Both the position numbers and the translations under genes were made by a program. Under the pieces are notes generated by a model. The model worked only from the letters and a program-made list of their open reading frames with translations. It was not told the origin of the DNA and searched no databases. From the NCBI RefSeq assembly GCF_006345805.1, contig NC_043013.1:21080001-21144000 (forward strand): a DNA stretch of 64,000 nucleotides, given 5' to 3'. This document shows, one piece after another, positions 26,435-40,034 of this stretch; the first letter of the stretch is position 1, and each line of letters starts with the position of its first letter. This DNA comes from Octopus sinensis. Its lineage: Eukaryota.

Positions 26435-26807
26435 ACTCTTTTACTCTTTTACTTGTTTCAGTCATTTGACTGCGGCCATGCTGGAGCACCGCCTTTAGTC
26501 GAGCAAATCGACCACAAGACTTATTCTTTGTAAGCCCGGTACTTATTTTATCGGTCTGTTTTGCCGAACTGCTAGATGGGACAAACACAGACACACAAAC
26601 ATACACACACACACACACACACACACATACACATATATATATACATATATACGACAGGCTTCTTTCAGTTTCCGTCTACCAAATCCACTCACAAGGCTTT
26701 GGTCGGCCCGAGGCTATAGCAGAAGACACTTGCCCAAGATGCCACGCAGTGGGACTGAACCCGGAACCATGTGGCTGGTTAGCAAGCTACTTACCACACA
26801 GCCACTC
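26435..26807 (-). mobile_element. SINE family A, full length
   Basis: Complete head-to-tail match incl. ttactcttttacttgtttcagtcatttgactgcggccatgctggagcaccgcc. Confidence 0.9.
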
Positions 26808-28115
26808 ATATATATATATATATATATACTGAGAAGTTATCATTATTTGTAAGGGACAAGGACCTGGTTAGAGTACATTTGCATATACAGATATTTACAT
26901 ACATACATATCACATACATAACATATATGTATCGCATGCGGTGTTTCTCTTTATAACATGCATGCGAGATGTGACCTATGATGTGAGGTTGCTCTATTGA
27001 CCAGAGGGTCAAGTTTTATGCTAGTAATTTGGAACTCTTAAGTGATTTGAGAAGATAAGTTTGTTTATCAATAAGTAACGTGTATTTATGTCTGTCTGTA
27101 TATGTTTGTGTATATGTATCTCTGTGTGTGTGTGCGTGTGTGTGTGTGTGTGTGTTTGTGTGTGTGTGTACATGTGTACACACCTGTATGTATCTAGGTA
27201 TTGATTTCTCGAATGCACTCCCATTATTCTGCTTGCTATACCGTTCATATCATATAAGAATTAAATTTCCTTTCCATGCAATCATAAACTTGTATCTGTT
27301 TAATAAAATACGTTTGTACACAGACATTTAACTATGCATATCACATGTTCATTTGTATGTGCGTGTGTGCATGACTGTGAATCTATGTGTTCGCGCATGT
27401 GTATGTAAAATATGTATCGATTCTAAATAGAAAATATCATAGTCTGTAATTATTTCCAATATTTCAAATTCACAATCGATAATACCATTAAATATGTGTC
27501 TTCTATATACACAGACACATATAAACACACATACAAGCCTGTACACCAAGTTCTGTAGATGGGTCTCTGTGTCTGTGCATCTGTGTATAAATGTTTCGGT
27601 GTGAGTGTATGCATTCATTGTTATTTATGAAAAATTTAAGAAAAGCCACAAAGATGTCTCCATCGAGCTCACTCGAGTTATTTATTTGATTAATCTTTAT
27701 GCTAAACCGACCGAAAACTGTAAATTACAGCCAATGCCATATAAAGATTATATTGTTAATTGCCAAATATATATACTTTTTATTGTTAATAGGCTACATT
27801 TGCAAGGATATAACCGCCGACGTAAATGCTAGCTTCCTATGCTGAACAGGCAAAAGCTTTCACTATATAATTGATACGATTTCTGTTAATTCTATTGGAA
27901 AACACATGAGACACTCCCCAGCTTTATTTTTATTATTATCTTTTTTTTTTTACTAAATTACTTAGTCAAACGAAGGCGGACAGTGATGTTTTTTAATCCA
28001 CGTGAAAGCCTTCGAGACAAGTACAGCAGAGCAAACACAGTTCAAGCTGCCCCACGGACAGGCTTCCACGCTGTAATTTAAGTTTTCTGTCGATTTAGCA
28101 TTATATAATTATATA

Positions 28116-28200
<85 letters not shown>

Positions 28201-28889
28201 CATACATATATACATACATAACATATACACACATACATACATACATATACACACACACACATACATACATATACACACACACATACATACATATACACAC
28301 ACACATACATACATACAGACAGACAGACATATATACATACATATATGAATTACTTGATTGAGCTGTATAGGTACCTTAGTAGCTTATTGCACAATTAATC
28401 TTAATTTCTCTGAAAGGCCTCACCCACCCTGTTACGGTTATCGCAACTCTTGGCGGTGCAAGATCTTACAATTAAGGTATCTTATTGTTAAACCAAATAA
28501 CGTTCATTATAGACTATCGCACTCACGTCCCAGATATGTGCATATATGATATTTGATGACAGCGGAATCACCGATTGCTGAGTGATAATTTCGTTACCTT
28601 GATATTAAATGTTTGATTTAAAATGTAATGGTCTGAGAGAAGTTGATTTATTGAAGATACACAACCCTGATTTTAAAAAATGTTGGAAATTTAAACAACA
28701 AGCTTACGCGGTGACTTTTTTACATGGAGTTATCCGTGGTAAACCTGTTTAAGCTTTTCTTTCACATTTGGCCTACTTATCACTTCTGACCAGCTGTCAC
28801 CTCAATTCTACTTGTCATATCATCGAGAACTCTTTACCTTTGTTACATCGCAATCAAAAGTATATTCATTATTTCAGTATTACATTAAG

Positions 28890-29025
28890 TTGGCAACCTA
28901 GCAGAATGGATATCGCGTCAGGAAAAATGTTGTACAGCAATTCTTCCGACACACCGCTCTGAGTTCAAACTTCGCCGAGGTCGATTTTACATTTTATCCA
29001 TTCAGGGTCGATAAAATAAGTAGAA
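28890..29025 (+). mobile_element. SINE family B, partial
   Basis: ctgagttcaaacttcgccgaggtcgattttacattttatccattcagggtcgataaaataag. Confidence 0.7.
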
Positions 29026-29567
29026 CACGCCTGCTAAGTGTTTTCATTTCACATCTTATAAAAGAGTAGGGCCCTTCATTCAAGTTTTTCTTAACAATTT
29101 CTTGTGTATAGGGACTTCTGCATGGTCAGGTTGAAAAAATACAAAAAAAGTTTAAAAATTAATTTGATGACATTCTAAGACAGCAGACAATCTGGTTAAT
29201 TGGCTGATTTGGATAAATTTTATGTCGGGTGTGCGAATACTCATTGATATATACTCATTGGGTTAAAGATCACATTTTGATTCGAACCGTATCTATATCA
29301 CCTTGGCACTGTCCATTTGTTATATCGTATTTTCCCCTCTATTTTTCCTTCCTTCATTCCCACCCTCTCTATATAATATTCCATCCCTCCTACTTTTTTG
29401 GTGGGGTTTGATCAATAAATTGAAAGTATAAATCCATTCAATGGACTTATACATCGATTCAATACAAAATGTTCTTTGCGCCTCAGAGTCTCGATAACAA
29501 ACTTCACATCTGTACTTAACGTACTTCAAATGAAAGCATTTCAACAGGATTTTATGATATATATATA

Positions 29568-30179
29568 TATACATCAATTTCAACGATCTCGGGTGGTTCA
29601 CGAAGGCTATGGGCCTATGCCACAGGACATTCCTTTCTCCAGACCAAAACAATTTTTAAAATGTTTCTTTTTTTTTTTTCGCTTTCGTCTGGTTTCTAAT
29701 TTAATTTATATACAAATTATTCCCTTTTTTGGCAGCTCTTTTTCGATTTTTCGATCGTACCATCAGGAAAGACAGTTGTATATTTTATTCATGGTAACTA
29801 GACTGCAGTTGTATTCATTTAAACTTGAATGGAAATTATATTTTTGTTTCTTCCCAAAAATTTACTTCTCGTCTCGCTCACATTTCTTCAAGAACTAGAC
29901 AGAAATATTCACAAATACATTCCATTCAACTCAGCCTAATTCGCTAGCTTCATTAATAAAATTGCACTTTATGTTTTTTTTAGTTTAATTATTAAAGTAA
30001 TTACACATTGTAAATTCCTTCTATATGTTCCCTATAGTAAAAATCGATTTGGTTATTTTTGTTGCAATTTTTCGATTCCAAGCCTGATGCATCAAATAAC
30101 GTTAGCGCTTAATTAACTTTCTACCAGCATCAAATGTTCCAAATGTTCCACAAGCTTATTTAGCATGTATTCTACGCAA

Positions 30180-30232
<53 letters not shown>

Positions 30233-30870
30233 CACATCGATTTCAACGATCTCGGTGGTTCACGAAGGCTATGGGCCTATGCCACAGGACATTACTTTCT
30301 CCAGCCCAAAACAATTTTTAAAATGTTTCTTTTTTTTTTTTCGCTTTCGTCTGGTTTCTAATTTAATTTATATACAAATTATTCCCTTTTTTGGCAGCTC
30401 TTTTTCGATTTTTCGATCGTACCTACCATCAGGAAAGACAGTTGTATATTTTATTCATGGTAACTAGACTGCAGTTGTATTCATTAAACTTGAATGGAAA
30501 TTATATTTTTGTTTCTTCCCGAAAATTTACTTCTCGTCTCGGTCACATTTCTTCAAGAACTAGACAGAAATATTCACAAATACGTTCAATTCAACTCAGC
30601 CTAATTCGCTAGCTTCATTAATAAAATTGCACTTTATGTTTTTTTTAGTTTAATTATTAAAGAAATTACACATTGTAAATTCCTTCTATATGTTCCCTAT
30701 AGTAAAAATCGATTTGGTTATTTTTGTTGCAATTTTTCGATTCCAAGCCTGATGCATCAAATAACGTTAGCGCTTAATTAACTTTCTACCAGCATCAAAT
30801 GTTCCAAATGTTCCACAAGCTTATTTAGCATGTATTCTACGCAATATATATGATATATATATATATGACT
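29568..30870. repeat. Tandem duplication of a ~650-bp unique segment
   Basis: 29568-30190 and 30232-30850 are near-identical, separated by (TA)n. Confidence 0.9.
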
Positions 30871-31489
30871 CATAACAATCATATATATATATACTGGGGT
30901 GGACCCGCATGGAAATCAAGGAGCCAGATTTTTATGCAGTGTCGCGTCGATTCTCTCAGTAGGATACACGTGCCCCCGGAATACTCACCCGCTTACGCGT
31001 TAATTAAATGCGTGGGCTGTTCCGTTTGTTAAACAATCGGAACAGTTATCGTAGGAGCTGATTGAGACTCATTTCTATTTATATTTGGTACACCAACACA
31101 ATAGCAATTGAATTTTTATTTGTATATACACATATACATACATATATCGTTGCTATTATGCAAAAGTGTCGTGAGTCCTAAACGTTTTTCAGAAAACGAA
31201 AGAATAGTTTCACCATTCCATGTCGTTTTAAATTAACACCAGTTTCAGCTTAGCAATGATACTTTGTCGGGTGCATAAAATCGTAACTTAATGCATGTAT
31301 GATATTTTCAGTCAGAAATATTTTTGCAAAATTGTCGTATGTGGGACCGTTGTACTACACTTTGACAATTTTCATATCTTGGCATCTGAAGCAGCTGGAG
31401 ATTCGATAAACCGACCAAAAGAACCGGCTATTGCAAGCAAAAATATTGAAAAAAAACGCATTTCGCAAAAGTGCAAAATAATATCCACG

Positions 31490-31526
<37 letters not shown>

Positions 31527-32014
31527 CGTGTGTGTATATGAAGAAGCCGTCTGGCGAAACTGAACGTTCCCTGTCAACAAGAATTTTACAATAAATTTTA
31601 ATCTACATTCAGTATTAAGTATCCAACCACCGTAAATGTTATATTTTCAGTCTTAAGGTTGCTTTAAAATATGTTTAATTCAACACACGGTTATGTATGT
31701 GTATGTATGCGTGTACGTATGCGTGTGTATGTATGCGTGTACGTATGCGTGTGTATGTATGTATTGTAGTTCCATGCGATCGTTTCAACGGTGTACAACT
31801 TAGCGCAGGTGTATTAGTGTCAACATTCCGTCAGTGCGACTTGTATCTCGGAAGGGATATAATTTTGAAGAGTGGAAATGAAATGATAATACGGGGCGAG
31901 AAGTGAGGTGAAGTAGGGCAGATGTGTTAGTGCGGTGTCACTGATGTATTAGCAGTAGTTTAATGTCAGTGCAATGGATTTAAGCGATAGTAAAATGAAT
32001 GAATAAAGCTTTAC

Positions 32015-32233
32015 TTGTTATATGTTGATACAATTACATTTTGTTCAAGCAATTCTCTGGATACAGTTTTTTTGTTAACTCCACTCCTGTGCTGAATCAG
32101 TACTTCTTGAATTCGAGTGGAGTTAATCGCAATTTTAATACAGAGTACGCCAAGTGTGGTCATAAGTTTCTCCCGCTGCTGTACGATATTATCAAATATT
32201 AACCGAGATACGGACAACTGTTCTCTCCTTCTA
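32015..32233 (-). CDS. Candidate internal coding exon (219 nt, phase 2-2), unknown product
   Basis: Acceptor ttcactttgcag|, donor AA|gtaaag; only one frame is open: RRREQLSVSRLIFDNIVQQREKLMTTLGVLCIKIAINSTRIQEVLIQHRSGVNKKTVSRELLEQNVIVSTYN. Confidence 0.3.
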
Positions 32234-32557
32234 CTGCAAAGTGAACGCAAAGTGAAACAGGAGGGGAAGCCGTGAGGTCATGGAAGTTGGGGAGGGTTTA
32301 AATAACGAAGAATTCTACAGGTGGGAATGAACGGAAGTAAGAACGGTAAAGCTTATGCTGACAACAGAAATAAAAAAAAAAAGAAAGCGAATATCATTAA
32401 ATTAAATTTTGGTGATTTATTGTGTTCTGATTGCTAATACCGTTAGTTTGAAAGATCAACGCTTTTTGGTCGTTTGTTTTTTAATCCCAGCTCTTACAGA
32501 CGCTACGTTTATTTCTGCTAGTCTAAATGTGTATTAATGCATATGTGCGCACGCACG

Positions 32558-32665
<108 letters not shown>

Positions 32666-33543
32666 TATATATATATACACACATATATACATATATATAT
32701 ACACATATACACATATATATATACACATAATGCCTGCTCAAATTTTCCTTTCCGTTAAGATGAATCATTATATAATACTATTCCAAAATATCAGTTCTAA
32801 GATACTCATGTTAAATTACTGTTTTGCATTAGTTCTTTAGATGTTTTATATTTCTCTGTTCCCGTTTCATTATTTTCTATTTATTGACTATTTATTGATT
32901 GTGAAGTCTACATTCTTGGCTTTCAGAGAAAATTGTTTATTTTCTTTTCGCAAATATATTCTTCGTAAAGTTTTAAAGCTTCCTGTAGATTTTCAACATC
33001 TAAAGCTTTATACAATAGACTGTTGACAACAAAATGGAAACTTATGACGTGATTTAGAGGCTTAGAGGCCATATGCACACCTCTTCATCAGCAGCCTTGC
33101 TAAATAGACGTTGCTGTTGTCTTCTTGTGCTCTTTCGTTGTACAGCTTCTTAACCTAAATGACATTTCAAATTATATGTATCACGATATCATTTCACTTA
33201 TAACATGATAATATACACGGTTTATATAAATGTCTCAGTATTCGTATTGTATTTAATTGTACATATTTATTTTATTATATATATATACATACTTATATAT
33301 TATTTATACAATTATTTACTTTATATATATTTACTGATTATTATGTACTTATTTATTATTTTATATTTATTAATTTTGGAATGAATGTATTTTTTTTGTC
33401 TTGTTGCAAGCAGAATTTAAATTGTGTTTATCTTTTCAATCAAAAACAAATGCAAACAGAATTTTTTTTCATGACTGTATGTGAATGTGTGTTGCATAAT
33501 CTATTTATATGTGTTTGTGACATAGTTTATTTGTGCTTGTGTG

Positions 33544-33584
<41 letters not shown>

Positions 33585-33724
33585 TGTGTGTGTGCGTGTG
33601 TGTGTATGTGTGTGTGTGTGTGCATTCTTGTTATTTCTCTAATGGAACATACGTTAGACATGTCAGAAAAGATTTAATGCATGGTGTTGTTTAGGCGGGT
33701 GTGAATGCTTACCTATATATATAT

Positions 33725-33805
<81 letters not shown>

Positions 33806-34554
33806 GTGTTTGAGTGTAGTTATATATACCAATGTGTATATACAGATATATAGATGTGTGTATGCATAGATTTATACATGTGTATATATGTAGATATATA
33901 CATGTGTTTGTGTGAAGTACTTCTTGTAGAACCATTTCTAGACTGCGTAGTTAAATGCCTCATGCGACACTTTTATATGTCGTAGCAACAAGAACGATTA
34001 TAGATTTCCTAAATAAACTCTAAATATCTTTCATATATAAAGGTGTAACACCCATTTTTTTTGGACCGGGGTGTTGGCTAAATGGGTAATGTTATTCATC
34101 GACAAACTCATGTAGGGCGAGATCAAATCTCGCATATGTTGGGGGATTCTTCATAAATATTTATTCTGCATTCCCTCAGTTGTTCAAGAGGAATGCAAAT
34201 ATTAGGCTTTTCTGGGAAAATTATCTGCTAAAGACTGGAGTCTTATACAGGACAATGTTTGTCTCGCTTTTTATAACCCTCTTCAGATATGAGAGTTTTT
34301 AAATTTTGGTAAACCGTTGTTGTATTATTTTAGGTAAAGTTGTACCTGACCATAAAAGGTGATCTATATCTGTAACATTTATGCACACACCACACATATA
34401 TATACATATACGCGTGTGTGTATATATATGTATATATAAAATATATATATATATATCTGTTATACATAATGTATAATATATATATATAATTGATATATAT
34501 ATATATATTTGTAATATATATACGCATATATAGATAGATAGTTAAATATATAGA

Positions 34555-34583
34555 CAGATAGACAGAAAGAAAGATAGATAGAC

Positions 34584-34647
<64 letters not shown>

Positions 34648-34680
34648 TGATAGATAGATAGACAGATATATAGATAGATA
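34555..34680. repeat. (GATA)n microsatellite
   Basis: Direct observation. Confidence 0.95.
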
Positions 34681-34726
34681 TGGCACGTGAAATTGTATAT
34701 GCTATACAAACCTATGCAGGTCTTTG

Positions 34727-34757
<31 letters not shown>

Positions 34758-35219
34758 TGTGTGTGTGTGCATACAAACATAAATGCATTCATACATACTT
34801 ATATACACTCAACAAGCAGAATCACACTGTATATCTGTGTCTCTGCGTCGAATTTTAATTATGTGTGACTACTCCAATCAGTCGCTAAATCTATTTCTGC
34901 CCTTATTACTCCAGTTTTGCATATATTGTTTCAGGACCGAGTTAAAGATTATTCTAGTTTGCAGATTATAGAACCTTATAACTGTTAATTTTGTCATTCA
35001 GAGAATTCTCATTTTTCACGTTGTAAAACGTCAAACTAGATTTTCCGGTTCTCCTTAACAATAGCATTCGAGGACTCTGAAACACAGTAACGACTGGGAA
35101 ATATACACTCATATGTGTACATATCAGTGAGCATACATACATATATACATACATACACACACACACATAAATATATATATATATACTTGTATATATACAC
35201 AAACATATATATATATATA

Positions 35220-35308
<89 letters not shown>

Positions 35309-35394
35309 GAAATTATAGAAAAACAAAAGACGAAGGGAGGTGTATAAACAACAGGTAAGGGTATTAGTTTGACGCTTGGGAAAAATGGAAAAGT

Positions 35395-35430
35395 ATTTTA
35401 CGTTTCGAGCCTACGCTCTTCAACAGAAAG
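35395..35430 (-). ncRNA. Minimal type I hammerhead ribozyme-like motif in a short repeat (copy 1)
   Basis: UUU-CUGUUGA-A-GAGC-GUAG-GCUC-GAA-ACGU-A-AAA; the core is a variant (CUGUUGA instead of CUGANGA). Confidence 0.5.
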
Positions 35431-35520
35431 GAATAAGAGAAAATAAACAGAGTGGGAAAGAAAAAAACTTGCAATGCAGACATACACAAACACAAACACA
35501 TACACGTACGCACACATACA

Positions 35521-35638
<118 letters not shown>

Positions 35639-36032
35639 TATATATATACATACATGCATACATACATATATTTATGTATACGTGTTTTTATCAATGTGTA
35701 TCCTCGGTTTATGTAAGATTAAGAAAAATATTTATTTACTAGTATATCTCAAAATATTTTTTTTATCGGTTGAGGAGAAAAAAATGAATTTTGTAGTTAA
35801 AACGTGTAATATAATTTTCGTTTCAATCTTGTCAAATTTCTGAATTAAATCATAGTTGGCTTCAGACATAAATAAAACCGTAAATAACAGCGTATCTTAT
35901 TTCATGAATTTATAGTTTAACATAGCGAAAAATTGAGTCGAGACTATTAATATGTCTAATATAGAAATACACAGATGAATATGTGTACGTGTGTCTGTAA
36001 GTATACATATACATACATATATACATACATAT

Positions 36033-36082
<50 letters not shown>

Positions 36083-36099
36083 AATACATACATATATTT

Positions 36100-36477
36100 T
36101 TTTACTCTTTTACTCTCTTACATGTCTCAGTTATTTTGACTGCGGCCATGCTAGAGCACCGCATTTAGTCGAGCAAATCGCCCCCTGGACTTATTCGATG
36201 TAAGCCTAGTACTTATTCTACCGGTCAATTTTGCCGAACTACTAAGTTACGGGGATGTAAATGCACCAGCATCGTTTGTCAAGCCATGTTAGTGGGAACA
36301 AACACAGACACACAAACACACACACACACAATTTCCGTCTACCAAATCCACTCACAAGGCTTTGGCCGGCTCGAATCTATAGTAGAAGACACTTGCAGAT
36401 GGTGCCACGCAGTGAGACTGAACCCGAGACCATGTGGTTGGTGAGCAAGCTACTTACAATACAGCCACTCCTGCGCC

Positions 36478-36478
<1 letters not shown>
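36100..36478 (-). mobile_element. SINE family A, full length
   Basis: Head-to-tail homology with 26435-26807. Confidence 0.9.
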
Positions 36479-36524
<46 letters not shown>

Positions 36525-37013
36525 AGCGAGTGAACAATGAAGAAAAGTAACACTCAACACATTTAGTGGAGGTGTGATGATACTCTCCAAACTTTGAGTT
36601 ATACGAAGTTGAGTTAAACAGTTAAGTAAATAAAAATATAAATAGACATATACTCATGCTTGTGCGAGTCTATATATATATATATATATCCATATAAATA
36701 TCCATCACGATAAATTTTGCATACATGCCACACATACACATCTAGCATCTCTATACACACACAGGTACATGCTTTTTTGGTTTTTCACAAAAAGAATGTA
36801 CTAAATTATTGTAATAAAATTGGATTGTTAGTTCGAAGCTGTTGGTTCGTTCCTTCACTGCTCTGAGTGTTTTGTGTTGGTACTTTCTTTCAGCTGTGGG
36901 TCGCTCGAAAAACTATACAAAAGCGAGAAATTCAGTGTCGAAGAAGTGACTCATCAGCCTAGAAAGGATTGATTGATTGATCAATTGATTGATTGATTGT
37001 TTAATTGATAGAC

Positions 37014-37078
<65 letters not shown>

Positions 37079-37479
37079 CATACATACATACATACATACA
37101 TACATACATACATACATACATACATACATACATACATACATAGAATTATGTATATATATAAACATGTGTACAACCATATGTGTGAGTGTGCGTGTGTGTA
37201 TTCCAATACATATGTATTACATCTTAAAAATGGTTTCCAATGTATGATTCGTATATTCGTTTGACATAATAGGCTGTTGCTGTCTTTGAGAAGTTGTAAA
37301 TAAAAGCTATGTTTGTTGCTGCTGTCAGCTGTAAAAAAAGACTCCAATCCAAGATTTTGGTTATCAGGTAATTCTATATGCTGTATATTGAACCCGATCT
37401 GTAATAAAGAAAATTTCTTCATATTCCTATTGTGTGCATCTTTTCTATACTTATCTACTGACACGCGCACGCGTTATGT

Positions 37480-38800
37480 GTGTATCTGTGTGTCTGTAAA
37501 TCAGGTATGCGTGTTTACCTCGGCATATTTTCACTATCTCTGTTGAGTGAATCATTAACGTCATCAAAAATGATTTTCCTTCAGGAAACGGGGTTGACTT
37601 CGGAAAGGATGGCAGCTTATCCATTCTTGTCATTCTCCATTCTGAACACAGAAATCTTCCAGTTTTCCTATTGAGTTCCATTAAGCAAATGTCAACAGTG
37701 ACACATCTCTCTCAGAAAACCATCCACAGCAGCAGACGCAAACAATTATTGAACTGCACATACAGAAAACTCTGGTTTACTCGGGTGGGCTGTCAAATAT
37801 CACCAGCTGAGAAAATAGTTTAGATTCATTAATTCACTTCGGTGTTTGTTCGGATACCATACCCATGAAAAATACTTGTTCCAGTGAATCTAAGATGACA
37901 TAAAGTAAGTCATGAAGATCGATCGTTGGCTCACATGGGAATTCGAACATAAGATTCAGAATCGAACAGTTTGTGACGCTAGATCCCTCTCTCAACTTCC
38001 CTTCCAACTTAAGTATGAAATATCAAAACTACTTTGCACAAGAAAATTGCCTGCAGAGATCTGTTTTCTGCTACAAATCAAGAAATCAGTTCTTCCAATC
38101 AGGGCTATCGCCGAGTATATAAAAAAATCTTATTCACCCATATCTAAAACAGACGCAGTGGAACAGATGATCGGGCGAGCCATAATACACCTCTCCGGAG
38201 ATTACCGAAAATCAACGAATCTTGAGTATCCGTTACACTTCACTTTCAGGTCCTCGATCTCAAGAAACGAAAGTCATCCAACCAGTTTCCTTAAAGTTGT
38301 CAAACTTCAGCGACTATATATATTGTGCTATTCGCAAGGCTTTCCATAGGAAAGGACTAGATATACTGCAGACCCACTTAGGACCTTCCTTCATGACATG
38401 CTTATTGAAGAACTGGTTCCTTAACAAAAAAAACCTTTGCGTGTCTGTCAAATATTCTTCTGCAAAATACCCATTTGCTTCGGTGCTTACCCCCTATGCA
38501 ACGAATGATCACTATCCATCTGAATCAAAGAACACCTGAACACATGTACATCCTCTTTCGAATAACATTTGGAATATGCAGAAACTTAAAGAAAAACAAT
38601 CAGATTTCAATGAGTACCAACGGATACTATAAACACTATACTTCCCAATTCTTGACTTAGTTCCTTCTATCAGTTTTAGGCTGGAGGTATCACATTCCAT
38701 TCTACTTTAATCCTTAATATCCACCCAACATCTCTAAATTCTACATCCCAACACATACGATAACTCACATATTACGAAGAAGAATTTGACAAACCAGCAG
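37480..38800 (+). mobile_element. Degraded CR1/L2/Jockey-type LINE ORF2 (APE endonuclease + RT relics)
   Basis: MIFLQETGL (APE motif xLQET) and AIRKAFH..KGL..(xxSKAFD RT motif region); many stops and frameshifts. Confidence 0.55.
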
Positions 38801-38986
38801 AACGAACGTGTAAAACTTATGTAAAGGAATTTCAACTCAAAACTTTAACGACAAAATATTTTTAGGTAACATTTCTATATCTTCCTTTTTCTTCCTATTA
38901 AATGCTTTATTTGTAACACTGTAGCCCCTGTATAACACATTTTTCGACACAATTGGTAGTGCTTGAAGCAAACTACAACATATATC

Positions 38987-39018
<32 letters not shown>

Positions 39019-40034
39019 CACACTCACACAACACATTCATACATACTGTAGTAACGAAGCTTACAATGAGAGTATAAGTATCACATCTGCTGATAACAAA
39101 AGCTCCATGTTTCGTTAATAATGTTTATGCTCAGTGTACCATTTATAATTCCTCCACACATTAATTCAGATTAAAGGTTTTGAATCCTTATATGTATATT
39201 CAAATGTATGTCTACGTGTATGTGTACATTGTAGGTGCGTTTATACACACACATATAATGCGCGTGTGTATGTATACATGCATGTGTCCGTTATGTGTAT
39301 ATGTAAGCAGGTGCATTCATGTGCATGTATGATATATGCTAATGTTATATTATATTTTTCTCATACAATATACATACAAACCCACGCTTATCTATCATCA
39401 GCACACGTTGTTGCTTGATACATATACATACATAATATGTGTGTGTTCGTGCGTGTGCGTGTGTTAGTGGGTGTTATCACATCCACTGCAAGTGTTATTG
39501 TTTATGAATAATACCGCTGCAAGCGTTGTACATCTTGGTTTAGGATAATCTCAGAGTTATGTTTAGAAACAGGATATATTCCACGCCTAATTCAAACAGT
39601 CACTGGAAACATCTTTAAGCGGAAGTTGAAAGGAAAATGGCGGTCATTTTTATTTTGTTCCTTTATGTTTGAAATAAGAAAAATCTTTATATGATATACT
39701 GATAAATGTGTCCATGAGACTGTAAGACATTCGATATGTTGCCAATAAGGCTGAGATGTGATAGGAGTTTGGAATAGTCAGAAACTGCAATACTTACTGG
39801 AACAATGTTGAGTAAAATGTAGAGCTGCAATAATACAGAATCAGAAAATATTACAACACCCGTCTAAATTCAGTCCTCCTAGGGTAGATTTTTCATCCCA
39901 CACAGATTGATAAAATGGATAATGTTCGGTGACTAATTCTAGAAGAGTTAACGCAGTAACCACTATCCAGTCACTGTGCCTGCTAGAAATCACACCCTAC
40001 CATGGTCCTGTGATGCAATTGCATTAAATAGATA

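Noticed and set aside
33040-33100. Minus-strand CUGAUGA-AGAGG...CCUCU, possible hammerhead
   Set aside because: GAAA core missing and stem I unpaired
34966-35080. [11 protein letters not shown] resembling an ABC Walker A motif
   Set aside because: Spacing does not fit GxxGxGKS and there is no surrounding NBD sequence
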